64,000 nt of DNA from Candidatus Tenderia sp. GTDB lineage: Bacteria; Pseudomonadota; Gammaproteobacteria; Tenderiales; Tenderiaceae. Made by a program: the position numbers and the translations under genes. The notes under the pieces were generated by a model. It saw only the letters and a list, made by a program, of their open reading frames with translations, was not told the origin of the DNA and ran no database searches. Position 1 is the first letter of the stretch, and each line of letters starts with the position of its first letter. This document shows, piece after piece, positions 1 through 7,210 of this stretch. The stretch covers positions 1 to 64,000 of the forward strand of contig JANOSY010000024.1 in the NCBI GenBank assembly GCA_031416075.1, given 5' to 3'.

Positions 1-558
1 TTGAAGCAACGCGACACCGATACGCGGTCACGTCTGTTGAAAGAAGGAAATCTCTACGGCGGCTACGCCCCGGAAATGCAACAAGTGCACCGAGATAACG
101 CAAATCAGCTAAACCGAATCATTGAAAAATCTGGCTGGCCGGGCATCTCTATAGTGGGCCTTGAGGGTTGTCGAGCCGCCTGGTTCATAGCACAGCACTC
201 AATATGTACCCCCGAGTTACAGAGAAAGTTCCTTACACTTTTGGCCAAAGCCTCCGAGAGCGGTGACGTCCCCAGAACACAAGTTGCATTCCTTACCGAT
301 CGCATCCGGTTTAATGAAAACAAACCCCAAGTGTACGGTACAGTTTTGGACTGGAATGAAAGGGGTGAGCTTTCGTGCGAGGTTGAAGACCCTGCGAATC
401 TTGATGCCAGAAGAAAAGAGGTCGGCCTGGCTCTGTTCCGAAAAGAGCTAGAGATACACAGAGAAGAAGTTAAGTCCGAGGGTGGCAGGCCGCCTGAAGA
501 CTTCACCGAGTACAAACAAAAAGGGCGGGAGTGGGCGCTAAATGTCGGCTGGATATAG
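1..558 (+). CDS. DUF6624-like protein, probably 5'-truncated by the window edge; integron cassette ORF
   Basis: Motifs GWPG, AAWFIAQHS and DRIRFNENKPQVYGT are typical of DUF6624; the stop codon lies 3 bp before an attC site. Confidence 0.75.
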   Translation: MKQRDTDTRSRLLKEGNLYGGYAPEMQQVHRDNANQLNRIIEKSGWPGISIVGLEGCRAAWFIAQHSICTPELQRKFLTLLAKASESGDVPRTQVAFLTDRIRFNENKPQVYGTVLDWNERGELSCEVEDPANLDARRKEVGLALFRKELEIHREEVKSEGGRPPEDFTEYKQKGREWALNVGWI

Positions 559-561
559 CGG

Positions 562-639
562 GCATAACACGTCGCTCAACCTGACTCGCTACGTCGGCGC
601 TTCGCGTCTCGTAGCTCGCAGGCTAGCTCTGCGTTATGG
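562..639 (+). mobile_element. Integron attC recombination site (78 bp)
   Basis: R'' GCATAAC (562-568), 5-bp spacer, L'' GCT(C)AACC with an extra-helical base, imperfect palindromic core (cctg..gctacg / cgtagc..cagg), L' GGCTAGC, 5-bp spacer, R' GTTATGG (633-639); directly after a stop codon. Confidence 0.85.
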
Positions 640-749
640 CTCAAACATAGCAAGATCCGGGTCGCAGATATGCGCTTAAACCCCCATATTTAACGCGTAC
701 GCCAAATTTTTTGTTGTACGGAAAATTAAATTATGAGAGGTTTCGCAAA

Positions 750-1514
750 ATGTCTGCACTATCCAACAAAGTAGCCATTATCACCGGAGCAAGTTCCGGG
801 ATCGGTTATGCAACCGCAAAGCTATTCGCCCGAGAGGGCGCCAAGGTTGTCGTCGCCGCGCGACGCCAACCGGAGCTTGATGCACTCGTTGAGGAAATCA
901 CCCAGGCGGGTGGTCATGCCGTTGCGCTTGCCGGCGACGTCAAGGACGAAGCCTTCGCGAAAGCTTTGGTCGAACTCGCTATAGGCCGTTTCGGCGGCCT
1001 CGATGTGGCGTTTAATAATGCCGGCACGCTCGGTGAGATGGGTGCCACGCCTGATGTGACGCTTGCGGGGTGGGAAGACACGATCAGGACGAACCTGACA
1101 AGTAGTTTCCTCGGAGCGAAGTATCAACTTCCCGCGATGCTCGACCGGAGCGGCGGGTCGCTGATCTTCACGTCGACATTCGTCGGTTACACCGTTGGCC
1201 TGCCGGGTATGGCAGCCTATGCGGCAAGTAAGGCTGGGCTAATCGGCCTCACTCAGTCGCTTGCGTCTGAGTTTGGCGCCAAGGGTATCCGCGTGAACGC
1301 TATCCTGCCTGGCGGCACCGATACCCCAATGGCCCAAGCGTTTGCCAATACACCGGACACCTTAGCCTTCGTCCAGGGTCTTCACGCCCTGAAGCGTATG
1401 GCTTTGCCGGAAGAGATCGCTAAATCGGCCCTCTACCTCGCATCCGATGCATCGAGTTTTACCACCGGTTCGGCGCTTCTTGCTGACGGCGGGATTTCCA
1501 TCAACCGAACCTGA
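750..1514 (+). CDS. Short-chain dehydrogenase/reductase (SDR)
   Basis: TGASSGIG Rossmann motif, NNAG, YAASK catalytic motif; GAGAGG SD before ATG 750. Confidence 0.93.
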   Translation: MSALSNKVAIITGASSGIGYATAKLFAREGAKVVVAARRQPELDALVEEITQAGGHAVALAGDVKDEAFAKALVELAIGRFGGLDVAFNNAGTLGEMGATPDVTLAGWEDTIRTNLTSSFLGAKYQLPAMLDRSGGSLIFTSTFVGYTVGLPGMAAYAASKAGLIGLTQSLASEFGAKGIRVNAILPGGTDTPMAQAFANTPDTLAFVQGLHALKRMALPEEIAKSALYLASDASSFTTGSALLADGGISINRT

Positions 1515-1548
1515 ACAGGTACAGTCAATAGGTTCATGGAGAATATAG

Positions 1549-2376
1549 ATGTCTGATTATGACCGCATAGCTGAAGCAATTGGTTTTATCTCCACCCGAC
1601 TAAAGAGCCAACCGACTCTGAATGAAATTGCGGCTCACTTACATCTGAGTCCCTTTCACTTCCAACGTCTGTTTTGCCGCTGGGCCGGTGTGACCCCCAA
1701 AAGATTCCTGCAAGTACTCACGCTGGAGCGTGCCAAGCAATTGCTGAACGAATCGAAACCACTGCTTGAGGTATCAGACTCCCTGGGGTTGAGCAGCGGT
1801 TCGCGGTTGTATGACCATTTCATCCATCTGGAAGCTGTCACCCCTGGGGAGTACAAAATGGGCGGCGCGGGTTTAACGATTGAATATGCAGTACACGACA
1901 CCCCCTTTGGAAAGGCGTTTATTGCCACCACTCCCAGGGGTATCTGTAGTTTTACATTTTTGGAGCATGCGGAAATCGACGGGGATCTAACTGGTTTACA
2001 CAAAAAGTGGCCCCATGCGATGGTGCGTGAAAACCATCAACGAACACTGCGGGTTATCAAGGCCATGTTCGGCGCAGAAAAGCGTTTGAAACTCCCTCTC
2101 TCTTTGCATGTTTCCGGAACCAACTTTCAGATCAGTGTCTGGAAAGCGCTGTTACAGATACCCCCGGCAAAGGTGGCGAGCTATTCCCAAGTAGCAACCG
2201 CAATCGGCCATGCAAGCGCTGCAAGAGCAGTGGGAACGGCTATAGGTGCAAACCCTGTCGCGCTGCTGATACCCTGCCACCGCGTCATTCAGCAAAGTGG
2301 CAAGCTGGGTGGGTATCATTGGGGTGAAACGCGTAAACAGGCAATCCATGCATGGGAATCGGCAAGATATGAGTAA
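1549..2376 (+). CDS. AraC-type HTH fused to methylated-DNA-protein-cysteine methyltransferase (Ada/Ogt-like, lacking the N-terminal Zn domain)
   Basis: HLSPFHFQRLF HTH; GTNFQISVW..IP, ARAVGTAIGANP and active-site PCHRV. Confidence 0.92.
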   Translation: MSDYDRIAEAIGFISTRLKSQPTLNEIAAHLHLSPFHFQRLFCRWAGVTPKRFLQVLTLERAKQLLNESKPLLEVSDSLGLSSGSRLYDHFIHLEAVTPGEYKMGGAGLTIEYAVHDTPFGKAFIATTPRGICSFTFLEHAEIDGDLTGLHKKWPHAMVRENHQRTLRVIKAMFGAEKRLKLPLSLHVSGTNFQISVWKALLQIPPAKVASYSQVATAIGHASAARAVGTAIGANPVALLIPCHRVIQQSGKLGGYHWGETRKQAIHAWESARYE

Positions 2377-2460
2377 CCTCAATTTTAATATCAAGTTTGA
2401 GAGGGTCGCGCCAAAACCAACACCCCTCAGCTTTACGTGGAAGCTGTATAAAAACCTCTA
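2275..2460 (+). repeat. Direct repeat copy A (ada 3' end, eroded attC and 17 bp downstream)
   Basis: Aligns without gaps to 5681-5866; about 146/186 identical by manual count. Confidence 0.92.
2383..2443 (+). mobile_element. Degenerate attC site (short ~60-bp class)
   Basis: TTTTAAT-atcaa-GTTTGAG aggg...cccCTCAGC-tttac-GTGGAAG follows the R''/L''/L'/R' layout with both R boxes mutated; 6 bp after the ada stop. Confidence 0.55.
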
Positions 2461-2599
2461 AGCCACGGTTTTTTCCAAGCTAATTCAATCAATAATTACA
2501 TTCAAATAATATTTCGACTTTCCTATCCTCGGTCTATAAAAAGACAATCTCTTAACTATTTTTTCTTATTAATATTTTATGGGCCTCGCCTCATGGAGT

Positions 2600-3028
2600 C
2601 TAACCCCACTGTCTCCCTCCAACTGCTTCCCGTATTTTAGAAGAAAGTATTTTTGCTTCATTTCCATGTAATTCTTTGGGTTCATGCGGCCAAGGTGGAG
2701 CTCCCCATAAACCATCATTTTTATGTCTAGGCATTACATTCCAATGCAAATGAGGAATTACATTTCCAAATACAGCGTAATTCATAATATCGGGTAAAAA
2801 CAATTCCTGTATAGCTTTTGAGACCTTATTAACATCTTCTTCTAACTGAGATCTTGCTTGATTACTTAAGTCAAAAAGATCCACAACATGATCTTTAGCG
2901 ATAACAAGACACCAGCCATAAAAGAACTGGTCCTTACTTAAAACAACAATTGATGACTCTAAGGACCCAATAACGTAATCTTTAGGCCATTTATTCAGCG
3001 GGTCACAAAACTGACATTTATCATTCAT
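2600..3028 (-). CDS. HIT-family nucleotide hydrolase with a variant HxHxN motif
   Basis: CQFC, GWCLVIAKDHV, PDIMNYAVFGNVIPHLHWNVMPR. Confidence 0.88.
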   Translation of the reverse strand: MNDKCQFCDPLNKWPKDYVIGSLESSIVVLSKDQFFYGWCLVIAKDHVVDLFDLSNQARSQLEEDVNKVSKAIQELFLPDIMNYAVFGNVIPHLHWNVMPRHKNDGLWGAPPWPHEPKELHGNEAKILSSKIREAVGGRQWG

Positions 3029-3052
3029 TATTAGTACTCTCCAAATCCAACT

Positions 3053-3862
3053 CTAAGGCGATCCATTCAAAACAGATGATTCGCTCCAAACGTCCAGAAA
3101 GTGCCCTTCAATTATACTAAAAATATCAGCCTGCTTTCCTTTGTTAATCACACGTATCTCGGGCGCCGTAAGCCCTGTTCTGTTTTTTATATAAAGTCCA
3201 ACCCGCACTTCGTTATCAATCATAAATGCTGACATACTAGCGTTCCCACTGTACAATCGAATTTCAAATTTATCAGTTAGAGTTGGGTGATTTTTAATTA
3301 TTTTTTCTTTTACAGATTTAAAATTATTAATCGCTTGATTAATATCATCCGCAAGTGTCTTATTTTCTCCAGGAACACTGCTAACTCTAGCTTTAGAAAA
3401 TTCAGTCTCTGGGTTATAAATAAGAAGCTTAACCTCGACCCCTTCTCTTACTTTGTTTTCCAAGACCATTCTCCACCCCTCACCAGAGAAAGGGTGCAAA
3501 CTTAAACCAATAAGCCAAATCCGTTTATTCGCCTTAGAAATTATTTTACTTTCTCTTAATGAATCCTCTCGATCTACAGGGATATCGTATCGTATAAACC
3601 TTCCACCAAACCCAAATATAAACGCAGCCGTAAATATCATCACGAAAATCCACAGAATAAGAAAAAAAATGACCATTAACTTTCCAGGATCTGGAGGTAG
3701 AGCTTTAGCTTTGTCAAATGCATCTAAAACAAAGTAAGAAAAATCTGCTAAAATAAACGCCAAGCTAAATGTACCTATAGCAAACACCCCTCCAAATTGA
3801 ATTGGCTTAAAATCTGTTATCCATTCTGCCATTCTGTGAAATTGTTTTTTTAGCCCGTCCAC
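3053..3862 (-). CDS. Two N-terminal TM helices plus a PLD-like (DUF5919-like) domain lacking HKD
   Basis: Hydrophobic segments at about aa 23-46 and 62-85; C-terminal IWLIGLSL..GVEVKLLIYNP..FEIRLY..FMIDNEVRVGLY..AP..HFLDVW pattern. Confidence 0.7.
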   Translation of the reverse strand: MDGLKKQFHRMAEWITDFKPIQFGGVFAIGTFSLAFILADFSYFVLDAFDKAKALPPDPGKLMVIFFLILWIFVMIFTAAFIFGFGGRFIRYDIPVDREDSLRESKIISKANKRIWLIGLSLHPFSGEGWRMVLENKVREGVEVKLLIYNPETEFSKARVSSVPGENKTLADDINQAINNFKSVKEKIIKNHPTLTDKFEIRLYSGNASMSAFMIDNEVRVGLYIKNRTGLTAPEIRVINKGKQADIFSIIEGHFLDVWSESSVLNGSP

Positions 3863-4698
3863 AAATCATCCCCATTTTGTAGAAGCATCACACTTACGCT
3901 CATGCCCAGCCCTATCTCCAGGACTGCAATTTTATCTCCAGCAATAACTTTTTTACTTTTTAACAGTTCATATAATTGAGCCAAAACTGTCAAAGGCCCC
4001 ATGTTTGTAAAAAATACTGGTGTTTCTATTCCTAATTCTGAGCACCATTTCTTTGTGAATTTAGATCTATGAAAAATCCAATGACTAATATCTGGTATAC
4101 ACCATCCAATTTCATCTAAAGAATCCTTCAATACAGATACTGGAAAGTCAATGGCAGCCTGCCGGTATTGACTCCAATTAGGATCATTTCTTTTCTCCTT
4201 AAATGCTAACTTGAAAACTTTATCAACCACAGGTTCAATAGTTTTTAAACCAAAATAGGTTGCGTCGCTCTGATGGTTTATTTTAATGATTCTAAGCCCG
4301 CAGCCATTATTTGTAATTACAGCTACACCTACACCATTGGCGAAATTATTTTCATTATTGTCTCTGTGTATATCATTAAAAATACTTGATGATGTAACAA
4401 CTGCAATTTTTTCAGAGTGGTTACTAATTTGATGAATAGCTATATCAATCGCAACTGGCACAGAAGCACATGAGTTGTTAATTGAAGCTGCGAGGGCCTG
4501 TGCCGCACCAATCCCACAAGAAATCGCAACCGAATCAGATGGTTGAACATATACATCTATGCCTGTACTTAGTACAGCGGATACTTGATATGCACTTATA
4601 TTTACTTTAGTTAAAACGCTTTTTACAATTGAAGTTCGTTCCTCAATTGTTGGAGACGCCTCTAAGTAAGCAGTCTCAACTGCTGTAATCCATGCCAT
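3850..4698 (-). CDS. Divergent KAS III (FabH)-like thiolase-fold enzyme
   Basis: INNSCAS (catalytic Cys), FANGVGVAVI (cf. FGDGAGA), HWIFH (His), TNMG (Asn), GDKIAVLEIGLGMS (cf. AFGGG). Confidence 0.75.
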   Translation of the reverse strand: MAWITAVETAYLEASPTIEERTSIVKSVLTKVNISAYQVSAVLSTGIDVYVQPSDSVAISCGIGAAQALAASINNSCASVPVAIDIAIHQISNHSEKIAVVTSSSIFNDIHRDNNENNFANGVGVAVITNNGCGLRIIKINHQSDATYFGLKTIEPVVDKVFKLAFKEKRNDPNWSQYRQAAIDFPVSVLKDSLDEIGWCIPDISHWIFHRSKFTKKWCSELGIETPVFFTNMGPLTVLAQLYELLKSKKVIAGDKIAVLEIGLGMSVSVMLLQNGDDLWTG

Positions 4699-4700
4699 AG

Positions 4701-5486
4701 TTATGAAACTTCCTTTTTAGCTAAGATCATAGTTCGATATTCTGTTCCTGATAGACAAGGATCATTTTCCAGCCGAGCAAGAGCTCGCGATTTTATCTGT
4801 TTATATTTATTTTCGGACACTGTCTCTTTTAGCTTTTTCCAGGCAAGGGTCCCAGAACTATTGATAATATTCTTTAACTTATCATCGCCATAAAAAACAT
4901 TAAGAGGGACATTAGTACTATCAACAACTTTGAACCCCTGCTGTATTAACATTATTTCAATATCCCGTTTAGAAGGCGTATCATTTTTTTGAATTTCAAG
5001 AATTTCATCTCCTGATATATTGTAGAAAATCATGCTTTCTAAATGAACATGATCGAAAAATGACACCAGAATGAAACCACCATTTTTCACAAAGTTTGTA
5101 GAAAATCCAAAAGGTGACAAGGGTTCAAACCAGTGAATAATGTGTGAAAGTATCACCAGATCAAAACAACCTATTTTTCGATTTGATAACTCCTGAATTT
5201 TTGAAATATGAATCTCAATTGGCATGTTAATATCATCTGATCTAGACTCAAGGTATTTTGCAGCCACCCTATCTGGCTCAACACAAACTATACGCTATAC
5301 CATTTGGCCAATTGGTATAGCAAGACGACCAGGCCCACTTCCCACATCCAACACAGAGAGTTCATCTAGCTTTCCAACATGAGTTGACATCAACTTAAGA
5401 ATTGATGAAGCCTGCTCATCAATATCTGAACGACACTCGTAGTAGCACTGGGCATATACTCCATCTGTCATGGTAGAATCACTCAC
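4701..5486 (-). pseudogene. Class I SAM-dependent methyltransferase interrupted by one in-frame TAG (5295-5297)
   Basis: ORFs 5295-5519 and 4701-5267 share a frame and read VLDVGSGPGRLAIPIGQMV*RIVCVEPD...FDLVILSHIIHWF; probable GTG start at 5486 after AGGGA. Confidence 0.85.
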
Positions 5487-5680
5487 ATTCAGAATCCCTG
5501 TTAATTTCCCTATAATCAATGGATAGCATAGCTATTTATAGTGTCAAAGAATGATAACAGTTACACCCCCTCTTTTCCTTAATACTAAGCAATTCTACTA
5601 GACTCTCTGAAAACCACCGGTCGGGATAGGATGATGCCTTACAACCTGTGCCCTCCACGCCATCGAGCATATGGATCACG

Positions 5681-5866
5681 TACCACCGCGTTATTCAACA
5701 AAACGGAAAACTGGGCGGCTACCATTGGGGTGAAACCCGGAAACAGGCGATCCATGCATGGGAGTCGGCAAGGCATGAGTAACCTCAGCGTTAGTATCAT
5801 GTTTGAGAGGCACGCAGCAAAAGTGGTCTCCCCCAACTTTACGTTGAGGTTGTAGGAAAGCCTCTA
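5681..5866 (+). repeat. Direct repeat copy B: orphan 3' end of an ada homologue (5681-5782) plus eroded attC
   Basis: Encodes YHRVIQQNGKLGGYHWGETRKQAIHAWESARHE* versus CHRVIQQSGKLGGYHWGETRKQAIHAWESARYE* in the intact gene; no 5' part. Confidence 0.92.
5789..5849 (+). mobile_element. Degenerate attC site (copy B)
   Basis: CGTTAGT-atcat-GTTTGAG...CCCAAC-tttac-GTTGAGG; the R' GTT is retained and R'' is mutated. Confidence 0.55.
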
Positions 5867-6064
5867 CACCAATAGCCGAATTCATATGCCAGCTGCAACA
5901 CCCTATTTAAAAACCGGGCTGGAATGGAAGTGACAGAGTAGCAACCCAACAGCCTGACACTTGTTGCCCTGACATCAGCATCTACTCATCCAAACGAGAC
6001 CACCGGCCGTTACAGTCAGCGTTACTATTGTTCAATCAGTGTGAAAGGATGCATTCTCAAATTC

Positions 6065-7210
6065 ATGGCAGATAACGACAACAGCTACACTCACCAGGAT
6101 ACTTTTGCCTTTCTCAACCAAGGCGGCTCACTCAAAGAGAAGCTGATTGCCGTGCATAGATCGGTACAGGAAAAGCTACCCTTTGTCGCCCGCATCTCCG
6201 TAGTCCTCTACGACCCCAGTACCAACATCCTTAAGACCTACGTACACAGCAGTGGCGAGGATAACCCGCTGGACCATTACCAAGCCCTCCTTGATAACGC
6301 ACCATCGCTTAAAGAGATTCTTGCCCGTGGCAGGCCCCGCGTCATCAATAACATGCTCAACTTCGATAAGCACGGCAAGGAGCATACCAAGCGCCTGGAA
6401 CAGCAAGGCTACGCCGCCAGTTACACCCTGCCACTATTCAACAATGGTGAGTTCTTCGGGTTCATCTTCTTCAACGCCTACGAAACCGGCGTTTTCACTG
6501 AAGACCATCTGGAAGAACTGGATCTGCACGGCCACCTGATTACGCTGATGGCGGTCAACGAACTCAATGCCATCCAGACGCTGATTGCCGCCATCAAGAC
6601 CACCGGTCACATCACTCACCACCGTGACCCGGAGACTGGCAGCCATCTCGACCGCATGTCTCGCTACAGCCGCCTGATAGCTACAGCACTCGCCGAGAAA
6701 TACAATCTGGATGATGAATACATTGAACATATCTTTATGTTCTCGCCACTACATGACGTTGGCAAAATTGTCATCCCCGACAACATCCTGCTCAAACCCG
6801 GCAAGCTGAACGAAGAGGAGATGGCCGTGATGAAAACCCACGCCCTCAAGGGCGAGGACATTATCGATAACCTGTTGCAAAATTTCGGCCTGGGAAACAT
6901 CAGCTACGTTGGTATCCTGCGTAACATCGTCGTCTGTCACCATGAGACTATTGATGGCGTTGGCTACCCATTTAGCAAAGCAGGGGACGAGATCCCGCTC
7001 GAAGCCCGCATTGTCGCCGTTGCCGACATCTTCGACGCCCTCACCAGCCGCCGCCCCTACAAAGAGGCCTGGAGCAATGAAGATGCCTTTGCTGAGCTAC
7101 GGCAGCTGGCCGGTAAAAAGCTCGACCCAGACTGTGTTGAGGCGCTACTGGCACACAGCAAAGAGATTGAAACAATACAGAAACAGTTTAAGGAGAGCCT
7201 CTTCGGCTAA
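6065..7210 (+). CDS. GAF + HD-GYP cyclic dinucleotide phosphodiesterase
   Basis: RDPETGSHLDRM, LHDVGK, HHETIDGVGYP, ARIVAVADIFDALTSRRPYK; N-terminal GAF-like segment. Confidence 0.92.
   Translation: MADNDNSYTHQDTFAFLNQGGSLKEKLIAVHRSVQEKLPFVARISVVLYDPSTNILKTYVHSSGEDNPLDHYQALLDNAPSLKEILARGRPRVINNMLNFDKHGKEHTKRLEQQGYAASYTLPLFNNGEFFGFIFFNAYETGVFTEDHLEELDLHGHLITLMAVNELNAIQTLIAAIKTTGHITHHRDPETGSHLDRMSRYSRLIATALAEKYNLDDEYIEHIFMFSPLHDVGKIVIPDNILLKPGKLNEEEMAVMKTHALKGEDIIDNLLQNFGLGNISYVGILRNIVVCHHETIDGVGYPFSKAGDEIPLEARIVAVADIFDALTSRRPYKEAWSNEDAFAELRQLAGKKLDPDCVEALLAHSKEIETIQKQFKESLFG

Noticed and set aside
3850-4698. Housekeeping fabH
   Set aside because: Short and highly divergent, AT-rich, and without plsX/fabD/fabG/acpP context.
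4701-5519. Two separate genes (74 aa and 188 aa) as listed in the ORF track
   Set aside because: Same frame and one continuous methyltransferase fold split by a single TAG.
5520-5547. Sigma70 promoter for the four-gene operon (perfect TTGACA on the minus strand at 5547-5542)
   Set aside because: No convincing -10 hexamer at 16-18 bp spacing, so it was not called as a feature.
5867-6064. c-di-GMP riboswitch upstream of the HD-GYP gene
   Set aside because: No GEMM-type conserved motifs or stems were found.
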